NCBI GenBank assembly: GCA_022360695.1
Contig: JAKSCH010000456.1
Coordinates: 1 to 42,236 of the forward strand
Direction of reading: 5' to 3'
From: Gemmatimonadota bacterium
Lineage (GTDB): Bacteria; Gemmatimonadota; Gemmatimonadetes; Palauibacterales; Palauibacteraceae
DNA: 42,236 nucleotides
In this document: positions 8,016-15,906 of the stretch, piece after piece
How the letters are laid out: each line of letters starts with the position of its first letter
Numbering within the stretch: the stretch's first letter is position 1
Position numbers and translations under genes: made by a program
Notes under the pieces: model-generated
What the model was told of the DNA's origin: nothing
The model's database searches: none
The model's input: only the letters and a program-made list of their open reading frames with translations

Positions 8016-8082
8016 GTGGCCTCCTTGGAGCCCGACGATAGACTGTGTACCGACCCAGCCAAGGTAAGCAAGACGGAGGCGA

Positions 8083-9111
8083 ATGGTGAGACATCGACTC
8101 GAAACGCCACCCGCGGGGCGTCTGCTGCTCGCCGGACTCGTCGCGGCCGGTTGCGGGCCGGTGGGCGAGACGGAGTCCGGCGAGCCCTCCGAAGCGTCGC
8201 CCGACGCATCGCCTGCCGCGTCGGTAGCCACGGCCGTGACCGGCAGTCCGTACGACTTCGGCTTGAGTGACGCGGACTACCCCCGTGTCGTCGAGGTGGC
8301 CCGCGACGTCTACGCCTACGAGCAGATCCACGTCACGCTCGGCGAGACGATCACCACCGTCAGCCTCGTCGTCGTCACGCCCGACGGCGTGCTGGTCGCC
8401 GACGGACAGGAGAGCCCCGAGGAGACGGGGCGTCTGGTGGAGACCGTCCGTGGGATCACGGAACAGCCGATCCGGCACGTGGTGATCGCCTCCGATCACG
8501 GCGATCACACCGGGGGGAACTCGGCGTTCCCGGCGGACGCGACGTTCTACGCGCACCCCTCGTCGGCCGCGTACCTGGAGACGACCGCCGCGAACCCGAA
8601 CCGACCGGCCGACGCGCCCCCGGTCGTGCTCGCGACCGAGATCGTATCGGAGGACCGGACGCTCGACGTCGGCGGACGCGAGATCCGGCTCTTGCACCTC
8701 GGGCGCGCGCATACGGGCGGTGACCTCGTCGTGCACGTACCGGAGGGGCGAGTCCTCTTCATGAGCGAGACGTATCTCAAAGGGATCTTCCCGGCGATGC
8801 GGTCCGCGTTCCCCACGGAGTGGCTCGCCATGCTCGATCGGGCGCTCGCGATGGATGTCGACGTCTATGTCCCCGGACATGGGGTGCTCGAGCCACCCGA
8901 CGCGCTGCGCGCCGGCCTCGAGACATACCGCGACGCTCTCGAGCGCGTGATCGATGAGGCGAGCCGTCTCCACGCCGACGGGGCCGACTTGGCCGAGGCG
9001 ATCCAAACGGCGGACTTCGGCGAGCTGTCGGCTTGGTCGCTGTACGAGAGCCAGGCGCCACGCGCGATCGAGCGCATCTACATGGAGCGGAACGGAGCGC
9101 TGCCGAATTAA
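8083..9111 (+). CDS. MBL-fold metallo-hydrolase lipoprotein
   Basis: Lipobox LVAAGC. VVIASDHGDHTGG occupies the HxHxDH position, with Ser replacing the first His. LLHLGRAHTGGDLVVHVP and YVPGHG are typical later metal ligands. Confidence 0.85.
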   Translation: MVRHRLETPPAGRLLLAGLVAAGCGPVGETESGEPSEASPDASPAASVATAVTGSPYDFGLSDADYPRVVEVARDVYAYEQIHVTLGETITTVSLVVVTPDGVLVADGQESPEETGRLVETVRGITEQPIRHVVIASDHGDHTGGNSAFPADATFYAHPSSAAYLETTAANPNRPADAPPVVLATEIVSEDRTLDVGGREIRLLHLGRAHTGGDLVVHVPEGRVLFMSETYLKGIFPAMRSAFPTEWLAMLDRALAMDVDVYVPGHGVLEPPDALRAGLETYRDALERVIDEASRLHADGADLAEAIQTADFGELSAWSLYESQAPRAIERIYMERNGALPN

Positions 9112-10367
9112 CCGGAGCTCGACCGGGCCGCGCGGATCGTCGGCTCGAGCATCTCCAGCGTTCGGGCCAACGCCCCACCGTTGCGATCGACGAGGCGGCG
9201 CCCCGCTTCACCTACGCGCCGCGCTTCCTCGGGGTGTTGCAGCCACCCGGACCAGATCGCCGCGAGCGCCCGGGGGTCATGACCCCGGCGCCAGGCGTCC
9301 TCGCGGTCGAAGGTCTCGGCGATCTCGCGAAAGTTCTCCATCGACGGACCGGCCGTGACGGGCACCCCGAACCGCGCGGGCTCGAGCGGGTTGTGCCCGC
9401 CCGTCGGCACGAGCGTGCCTCCAATGAACGCGATCGTCGCGATCCCATAGAGACCGGCGAGCTCGCCCAGCGTGTCCAACAGAACGACATCGACGCGATC
9501 CGCGGTCGCCTGCGCGCTCCTTCGCTCGAGCGTGAGACCACGCTCACCGACCAGACGCGCCACGTCGTCGAACCGCTCGGGGTGACGCGGCGCGATCACC
9601 AGCAACGGGCGCCCCTCTTCCGGAAGCTCGGAGAACGCGTCGAGGACACAGGTTTCCTCGGCGTCCATCGTCGATCCGGCGAGCAAGATCGCGCGACCCG
9701 CGGCGAAGGCTTCGATCCGGCTCCGGAGCTCGGGGCCGAGCGCGGGCTCGGCGGACTCGAACTTGAGGTTCCCGGTCCGTCTGACCTTCTCCGCGGGGAC
9801 CCCGAGATCGATCAAGCGACGTCGATCCTCGTTCGTCTGGACGCCGAAGCGGTCGACCGGGTCGAGCAAGGGTCCGAGCAACGGTCGGAGCCGCGCCATG
9901 CGGCGATAGCTCGTGTCGCTCACGCGACCGTTCACGACCACGACGGGGATCCGGGCGCGGCGCGCGTGCCGGAGGACGAGCGGCCACAGATCTCCCTCGG
10001 CAAGCACGAGCGCGGCCGGCCGATGTCGTCGAAAGAACCGGCGGACTGCGAACCCCAGCTCGTAGGGGAAGTACGAGACGGTCGCTCGGTCGGAGAGCGT
10101 GCGCCGAGCGAGGTCCTGCCCCGTCGGCGTGATCGAGGTGACCACCAGGGGCAGGTCGTCCGGTAACGCCCGGGCCAGCGTCGCGGCGATGGCGATCTCC
10201 CCCACCGACACGCCGTGAATCCAGAGTGCCCCGGCCGCCTTCGTCTCGGGCCCCCGGCCGAGCCGCCCGCGGACGCTCCGCAGATAGTGGGTTCCACGCG
10301 CGATGAGAAGAAACGGGCCCGCGACCACGAGGGCGATCCCCATCGCGATTTGATAGAGAATCCACAT
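9108..10367 (-). CDS. waaA: 3-deoxy-D-manno-octulosonic acid (Kdo) transferase
   Basis: N-terminal TM segment, then LWIHGVSVGEIAIAATLARAL..., LVVTSITPTGQ, and C-terminal FIGGTLVPTGGHNPLEPA. All are characteristic of WaaA/KdtA. Confidence 0.9.
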   Translation of the reverse strand: MWILYQIAMGIALVVAGPFLLIARGTHYLRSVRGRLGRGPETKAAGALWIHGVSVGEIAIAATLARALPDDLPLVVTSITPTGQDLARRTLSDRATVSYFPYELGFAVRRFFRRHRPAALVLAEGDLWPLVLRHARRARIPVVVVNGRVSDTSYRRMARLRPLLGPLLDPVDRFGVQTNEDRRRLIDLGVPAEKVRRTGNLKFESAEPALGPELRSRIEAFAAGRAILLAGSTMDAEETCVLDAFSELPEEGRPLLVIAPRHPERFDDVARLVGERGLTLERRSAQATADRVDVVLLDTLGELAGLYGIATIAFIGGTLVPTGGHNPLEPARFGVPVTAGPSMENFREIAETFDREDAWRRGHDPRALAAIWSGWLQHPEEARRVGEAGRRLVDRNGGALARTLEMLEPTIRAARSSSG

Positions 10368-10474
10368 GCGGGGCTTGCACCCCCTCGCCGCTGTGTAGTT
10401 TTCTGACGGGCCGTCAAAGGAGCGACCCGACGGCGCGCGATCAACCGCGAGGACCCAGCCACCCCGGAGGCCCG

Positions 10475-12589
10475 ATGAGGCTCAGAGCCGCGCCCGGCGC
10501 AGCACTTATCGTCTTGATGTCGCAGCTCGGCCCGAGCGCGACGTTCGTGGAGGGGTTGTCGGCCCAGGCGACGCGAGCGGTCACGGTGGATATCGGCGCG
10601 CGCGACCCGGCCGTATCGCCGGACGGATCGAAGATCGCGCTCTCGATCCTGGGCAAGATCTGGACGATCCCCTCGACGGGCGGCGAGGCGACGCAGATCA
10701 CGTGGGGACCGGGCTGGGACACGCGGCCCGCCTGGTCGCCCGACGGCCGTTTCCTCGCCTATGCGGGCCGAGGAGCATCGGGCACGGACCTGATCATCCG
10801 GAATCTCGCGACGGGGGCGAGTCGCTACCTGCACCGCGGACCCGCCGCCATCGGTCAGATCGCGTTCGACCCGTCCGGCGGTCGGATCTATTTCATCAAC
10901 GACCTCTCGCAGTACGACGCGCACTTGTGGCGGATCGGACTCGATGGGGATGGTCTCGAGCAGCTGACGTTCACGCAGAACTGGCACGAGTGGTCGTTCG
11001 CGATCACGCCCGACGGCCGACGCGCGGTGCTCGAGTCCGGTCGCTACGGCGGCGCGGATCTGTACGAGCTCGATCTCGAGAACGGGACGGCGACGCGTCT
11101 CACGTCGACGCCCGCTCGCGAGATGAGCGTGGCCTTGAGTCCGAGCGGTGACGCGCGCGCCCACGTCGAGACACACGACGGCGTGGATCACGTCGTCGTG
11201 ACGGACTCGGACGGTTCGGAGCGCCGGCCCCATACGAGCCCGTTCGATCAGAAGCAGCTGGCGTACGGTCCCGATGGTGCCCTGTACGTAGCCGGTGGGC
11301 GTCGCCTCATGCGGCTCGACACGGAGACCGGAGCTACGACGCCGATCCCGTTCGAGGCTCGTTTCCGGCTCCCGAGCGTGCCGGTCGACGACCTGCTCAT
11401 CACGAACGTGCGGTTGTTCGACGCGACGAGTGACGAAGTCGTGGAGGCCGCGTCCGTCTGGGTGCGCGACGGTCGGATCGCCGAGATCGGGCCGGACGTG
11501 GCGCCGCCCGCGACCGATACGGTAGTCACGATCGATGGCGCCGGGCGGACCCTGCTCCCGGGTCTGCTGGACAACCACTACCACTACTGGTCGCCGCACG
11601 CCGGCGCGGACTTGCTCGCGGCCGGGATCACCACGATCCGCGATCCCGGAAGCCAGATCTCCGACGCCATGGACTACAAGGACGCCATCCGGCTCGGGAT
11701 CGCCTCGGGGCCCGAGATCTTCACCGCCGGTCCTCTGATCGACGGACCCGGCGGATACCACCCGCTGGTCGACGTGAGCATCGAGGACCCCGCGGCGGCC
11801 GCGCCGCTCGTCCGCGCGTTCAAGGCGCAGGGCGTGGACCTGCTCAAGGTGTACTTCCAGCTCGACCGCGACGTGATGGAGGCCGTGATCGCCGAGGCGC
11901 GCGTTCAGGGGCTCCCGGTCACCGGGCACATCGGGGTCCGCGCGAGCTGGGAGGAGGCGATCGACGCGGGGATCGACGGGTTCAACCACATCCGGGTGTG
12001 GCGCGACTTCCTCGACCCGGCGATCCAGGTCGACGGACGCGACGAGTCGCTCGACGGCGGTCGGAACCCGATCGGTCGGATGCAAGCCGATTGGCGCGAG
12101 ATCGACCCCGAGAGCCCTCGGGTCCGCGCGCTCCTCGCCCGGATGGCCGAGACCCGGACCGCGCTCGACCCGACGCTGTTCATCCAGGGCATCGAGGACC
12201 GAGCCACGGCGCCGGGCCGCGAGAGCCGCAACCGGACCCGGTTCTCGCTCGAGCAGTTCGGGACCGCCGCCCAGAGCTTCGAGCGGATGAAGACGTTCGT
12301 CCGTCTCGCGGTCGAGGCCGGTGTGCCGCTCCTGGCCGGCACCGACAACGTGTCGTTGTTCGACGAGCTCGAGGCCTACGCCGAGGCGGGGGTCGCGAAC
12401 GCCGACATCTTGCGCGCGGCCACGATCAACGGCGCGCGGTGGCTGGGTCGGGATGCGGAGTTCGGCACGGTCGAAGTAGGGAAGCGCGCCCACCTCATCC
12501 TCGTGGATGGCGATCCGCTCGCGGACATCGCCGAGCTTCGGGAGATCGATCTCGTCATCAAGGACGGGGTCGTCGTGTTTCGCCGGTGA
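10475..12589 (+). CDS. TolB-like beta-propeller (PD40 repeats) fused to an amidohydrolase-family domain
   Basis: Repeated DPAVSPDGSKIA / RPAWSPDGRFLAY / ITPDGRRAV segments. These are followed by LLPGLLDNHYHYW and C-terminal GTVEVGKRAHLILVDGDPLADI, typical of metal-dependent amidohydrolases. Confidence 0.9.
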   Translation: MRLRAAPGAALIVLMSQLGPSATFVEGLSAQATRAVTVDIGARDPAVSPDGSKIALSILGKIWTIPSTGGEATQITWGPGWDTRPAWSPDGRFLAYAGRGASGTDLIIRNLATGASRYLHRGPAAIGQIAFDPSGGRIYFINDLSQYDAHLWRIGLDGDGLEQLTFTQNWHEWSFAITPDGRRAVLESGRYGGADLYELDLENGTATRLTSTPAREMSVALSPSGDARAHVETHDGVDHVVVTDSDGSERRPHTSPFDQKQLAYGPDGALYVAGGRRLMRLDTETGATTPIPFEARFRLPSVPVDDLLITNVRLFDATSDEVVEAASVWVRDGRIAEIGPDVAPPATDTVVTIDGAGRTLLPGLLDNHYHYWSPHAGADLLAAGITTIRDPGSQISDAMDYKDAIRLGIASGPEIFTAGPLIDGPGGYHPLVDVSIEDPAAAAPLVRAFKAQGVDLLKVYFQLDRDVMEAVIAEARVQGLPVTGHIGVRASWEEAIDAGIDGFNHIRVWRDFLDPAIQVDGRDESLDGGRNPIGRMQADWREIDPESPRVRALLARMAETRTALDPTLFIQGIEDRATAPGRESRNRTRFSLEQFGTAAQSFERMKTFVRLAVEAGVPLLAGTDNVSLFDELEAYAEAGVANADILRAATINGARWLGRDAEFGTVEVGKRAHLILVDGDPLADIAELREIDLVIKDGVVVFRR

Positions 12590-12600
12590 CGCTGGCCGCG

Positions 12601-13338
12601 ATGACGACGAGCCTCCTCGTCGCGCTCCAGGTAGAGCCGAGCGGAGGGCTCGCTTCGGCGTTGTCGGACAACCCGCTCCTCGCCATCGGGGCGCTCTTCG
12701 GGGCGGGTGTCCTCACCAGCACGAACCCGTGCATCTACCCGATGATCCCGATCACGGTATCGGTGATATCGGGCACGGCCGGAGAAAAGCAGACCCGGGG
12801 TCGCGTCGTGGGCCTGACGCTGACGTACGCGATGGGTCTGGCGTTGTTCTACGCCCTCCTCGGCATGATCGCCGGGCTGTCCGGCTCCGTGTTCGGGTCG
12901 ATCGGCGCGAGCCCGTGGGCGCTGTTCGCGATCGGCAACCTGCTGCTCTTCTTCTCGCTCTTCATGCTCGATGTCTTCCCGGTCCCGATCCCGAAGCGGC
13001 TGTTGGCCTGGGCGAGCGACCGGGAGGGTGGTTCCTACAAGGCCGTATTCGTGCTCGGCGCGACGTCGGGCATCGTCACCGCTCCGTGCGGCGCCCCCGC
13101 GTTCGCCGTCGTCCTCACCTGGGTGGCCGCGACGCAGGCCGGCCTCATGGGATTCGTGTATCTGTTCGCGTTCTCGCTCGGGATGACCGCGCTGCTGATC
13201 GTGGTCGGATTGTTCTCGGGCGCGTTGGCCGTGCTCCCGAAATCGGGCACCTGGATGATCTGGATGAAACGGCTCGCCGCGCTCATCATGATCGGGATGG
13301 CCGAGTTCTACCTCATGCGCGCGGGGTACTTCCTTTGA
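12601..13338 (+). CDS. ccdA: cytochrome c biogenesis / thiol:disulfide transporter CcdA (DsbD transmembrane-domain family)
   Basis: Polytopic membrane protein with the two conserved Cys in LTSTNPCIYPMIPI and IVTAPCGAPAF. An alternative GTG start at 12586 overlaps the upstream stop. Confidence 0.85.
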   Translation: MTTSLLVALQVEPSGGLASALSDNPLLAIGALFGAGVLTSTNPCIYPMIPITVSVISGTAGEKQTRGRVVGLTLTYAMGLALFYALLGMIAGLSGSVFGSIGASPWALFAIGNLLLFFSLFMLDVFPVPIPKRLLAWASDREGGSYKAVFVLGATSGIVTAPCGAPAFAVVLTWVAATQAGLMGFVYLFAFSLGMTALLIVVGLFSGALAVLPKSGTWMIWMKRLAALIMIGMAEFYLMRAGYFL

Positions 13339-13868
13339 TCGACCGACGTCCGTGGCGAGCCACCGTGGCCTCGCTGTTCATCCTTCTCGCGGCCGGGCTG
13401 CCGCTGCGGGGACAGACCGGTGTGGGACAGGTCAGCCTTCCGATCGGGACGCCCGGCCCGGACGCGGCGGTCCAGGATCTCGAGGGCAACGACGTGGGGC
13501 TGCTCGACTACGCGACGGATCGCCCTACGCTCATCGAGTTCTGGGCCTCCTGGTGCGAGCAGTGCGAAGCGCTCCAGCCGCAGATCGATCAGATCCAGGA
13601 AAGCTGCGGCGAGCAGGTGAGCGTGGTCGCGGTCGCGGTCGCCGTCGCCCAGTCGCTCCGTCGCGTGAGACGACACGCCGAGGCGCACGGCGCCGGCTAC
13701 CCGTTTCTATGGGACGCCGCGGGAGACGCGGTGCGCGCCTACGAAGCGACGACGACATCCATCGTCGTCATCCTCGACGAAGTCGGCACGATCACGTATA
13801 CCGGCGTCGGCCCCGACCAGGATCTCGTGTCCGCGGTCGGGGCCGTCGCGCCGGAGTGCTCGCCATAG
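13335..13868 (+). CDS. TlpA-family periplasmic thioredoxin-like protein (WCEQC)
   Basis: The TTG start at 13335 overlaps the ccdA stop (TTGA). Signal or anchor segment ATVASLFILLAAGLPL. LIEFWASWCEQCEALQPQI is a thioredoxin-fold CxxC motif. Confidence 0.8.
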   Translation: MIDRRPWRATVASLFILLAAGLPLRGQTGVGQVSLPIGTPGPDAAVQDLEGNDVGLLDYATDRPTLIEFWASWCEQCEALQPQIDQIQESCGEQVSVVAVAVAVAQSLRRVRRHAEAHGAGYPFLWDAAGDAVRAYEATTTSIVVILDEVGTITYTGVGPDQDLVSAVGAVAPECSP

Positions 13869-13877
13869 AGGGGCGGT

Positions 13878-14462
13878 CTAGGGGTCGACGGGCTCCGGCG
13901 TCACATCGTCGATGATCGCGGCCAGCTCGTCGTACGCGGCCGGATCGACCTGGTTGAACTGCGGGATCACGCCGGCGATCGTCTGATCGGGTCCGACCAC
14001 GATCACCGCCCTGCTGTCCACCATGTCGTTGTCTCTCAGTCCTCCGCCGAACGCCGCGTACGTCGCCCCGTCGTTGTCGGCATCGCTCGCGAACAGGAAG
14101 GGGAAGTCGTCGTCCTTCAGCCACGAGGCGAGCTCTTCGACCGAGTCGTTCGAGATGCCGATGAGGACGACGTTGCGGCCCTCGTTGAACAAGCTTGCGT
14201 ACTGATCACGGTACGCTCTCATCTGGACCGTTCAGCCAGGCGTCCTGACGCGGAAGAAGAACGCGAGGACGACGGTCTCGCCCTCGTAGTCGCTGAGCCG
14301 GATCGCGTCCTGGAGCGCCCCGTACCGGGTGGCCCCGGGGAGCGCGAAATCCGGCGCCGGCTGTCCTACGGCTAGCAAGCCGGAGTCCTGTCCGGCCGCC
14401 GGCGCCGCGGACCCGGCCGCCAGGGCACCGGCGATGGCGCCCGCCATAACGAATCGCCGCAT
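13878..14462 (-). CDS. bcp: exported BCP/PrxQ-type peroxiredoxin with in-frame UGA (candidate selenocysteine) at the peroxidatic position
   Basis: Track ORFs 14232-14642 and 13878-14222 share a frame. They are separated only by the TGA at 14232-14234 plus 3 codons. The joined product is MRRFVMAGAIAGALAAGSAAPAAG...GETVVLAFFFRVRTPG-U-TVQMRAYRDQYASLFNEGRNVVLIGISND... This parallels the BCP motif TPGCTVQ..RD. Confidence 0.75.
14207..14226 (-). other. candidate bacterial SECIS-like hairpin downstream of the in-frame UGA
   Basis: On the mRNA this reads UGA + 15 nt + GCGUAC-CGUGAUCA-GUACGC. The stem is a perfect 6 bp and the 8-nt loop contains GU. No covariance model was run. Confidence 0.45.
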
Positions 14463-14598
14463 GCAAGCGTCCTTTCGCATGTGGTAGCTGTGTACGGCAC
14501 GGTGATTCCGCGGGGCGTCGCGCGCCAGAGGGGTCGCCCGGCAGGCCCGCCTCGCCCGCCACGAATGCGCGGCCCGGGTTCGCGGCCGTTCGTCGGTT

Positions 14599-15771
14599 TC
14601 ACGCGTCCCAGATCTCCTTGAGCACCCGGGCGAAGTTGCCACCCAGGATCCCGCGGATGTGGTCGTCCGTGTAGCCGCGTCGGATCAATCCCTCCGTGAG
14701 GTCGAAGCACCGCTTCGGGTGGTCGATGCCTTCGATGTCGATTTTGTCACGAAACGCGTAGCTGTCCTTGTACCCGGCCCGCAGCCGCTCGCTCTGCTCG
14801 GCGGGCAAGTCGTCGTAGCCGTGGAGATCGATGTCGGATCCGATGCCCAGGTGCTCGACCCCGATCAGGTCGCGCACGTGATCGTAGTGATCGAGGAAGT
14901 GCTCGATCGTGGTGGGCTCGTCCGGTTTCACGAACATGCGGACGCCGGTGATTCCCATGATCCCGCCCGTGCGCGCCATCGCGCGGATCGCCTCGTCCGT
15001 CTTCGTCCGGGGGTGCCCGCCCGCCAGCGATCGCACGTTCGAGTGCGTGAACAGCACCGGTTGCCGAGACACGGCACATGCATCGAGCGTCGTGCGGTCC
15101 CCGCAATGCGAGACGTCCACCGCCATCCCGACTTCGTTCATCGCCTCCACGATCGACACGCCGAAATCGCTGATCCCTCCATCGACCCGCTCGGTCGCTC
15201 CGTTGCCGATCGCGTTCCTGGAGTTGTAGGTGAGCTGCGAGACGCGCTGACCCAGCCCGTGGAATAGCGAGACGTCCGCCGGCGTGCGGAAGTGGGTCGC
15301 GTTCTGGATGCCGATCAGAATGCCGATCCGCTCCGAGCCGTGGACACGATCGAGATCCTCCGCCGAGTCGATACGCACGAACACATCGGGTCGATTCGCG
15401 ATCGCGGAGTGATAAGCGCCGATGTACGCGAGGACGTTCGCGTGCGCCGCCTCCGCGCTTCGTCCACCGACACCGGCGGCGATATGGAACACATCGATCT
15501 CGGATCCGCGAAACTCCTCCAGGTCCGCCGCGTTGAATCCATCGAGACTCGGACCCCACCGATCGCGCGTTTCGCCGTTGATCGTGAGCAGGGCGAGCAT
15601 GTCGATCACGAGCGAGCCGGTGACGAGGTCGATACAACGCTGCGAGTACTCTCGCGTCGATGTCGCGAACAACCGATGTCGGCGTCGCAGCACCGCCGGA
15701 AACATCAGGCCGACGCCCGATGCCGCCGTGGTGCGGACCATGTCACGTCGAGTCCAGTTGTCGGGCTTCAC
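14599..15771 (-). CDS. membrane dipeptidase (peptidase family M19), Tat-signal-like N-terminus
   Basis: WTRRDMVRTTAASGVGL is a twin-arginine-like leader. VSQLTYNSRNAIGNG, VDVSHCG, VLFTHSN and GIGSDIDL match renal-dipeptidase-family metal-ligand regions. Confidence 0.9.
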   Translation of the reverse strand: MKPDNWTRRDMVRTTAASGVGLMFPAVLRRRHRLFATSTREYSQRCIDLVTGSLVIDMLALLTINGETRDRWGPSLDGFNAADLEEFRGSEIDVFHIAAGVGGRSAEAAHANVLAYIGAYHSAIANRPDVFVRIDSAEDLDRVHGSERIGILIGIQNATHFRTPADVSLFHGLGQRVSQLTYNSRNAIGNGATERVDGGISDFGVSIVEAMNEVGMAVDVSHCGDRTTLDACAVSRQPVLFTHSNVRSLAGGHPRTKTDEAIRAMARTGGIMGITGVRMFVKPDEPTTIEHFLDHYDHVRDLIGVEHLGIGSDIDLHGYDDLPAEQSERLRAGYKDSYAFRDKIDIEGIDHPKRCFDLTEGLIRRGYTDDHIRGILGGNFARVLKEIWDA

Positions 15772-15906
15772 GCGTTCCTCCAGGGGTTCGATCGGGTGAC
15801 GACGGGCGGGGCTCCACTCCCGAGCGCGTGGGCCGGAGCCTTATACTGCGGGTTGCCCGAGCGATTGTGAATCGCGCGCGGTTCCCGACGAGACGAGGCG
15901 AAGCCT

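Noticed and set aside
4707-9006. Long antisense ORFs 4707-6119(+), 5866-7098(+), 7053-8270(+) and 7312-9006(-)
   Set aside because: All overlap better-supported genes on the opposite strand and have Arg-dominated composition. No catalytic or structural motifs were seen.
9108-9111. Overlapping stop codons (TTAA) of the convergent MBL-fold and waaA genes
   Set aside because: This is a trivial consequence of tight packing. No evidence of functional significance.
9932-12493. 853-aa minus-strand ORF
   Set aside because: It is antisense to the well-supported TolB/amidohydrolase and WaaA genes. Its extreme Arg/Gly/Pro/Asp composition and lack of recognisable motifs mark it as a typical high-GC shadow ORF.
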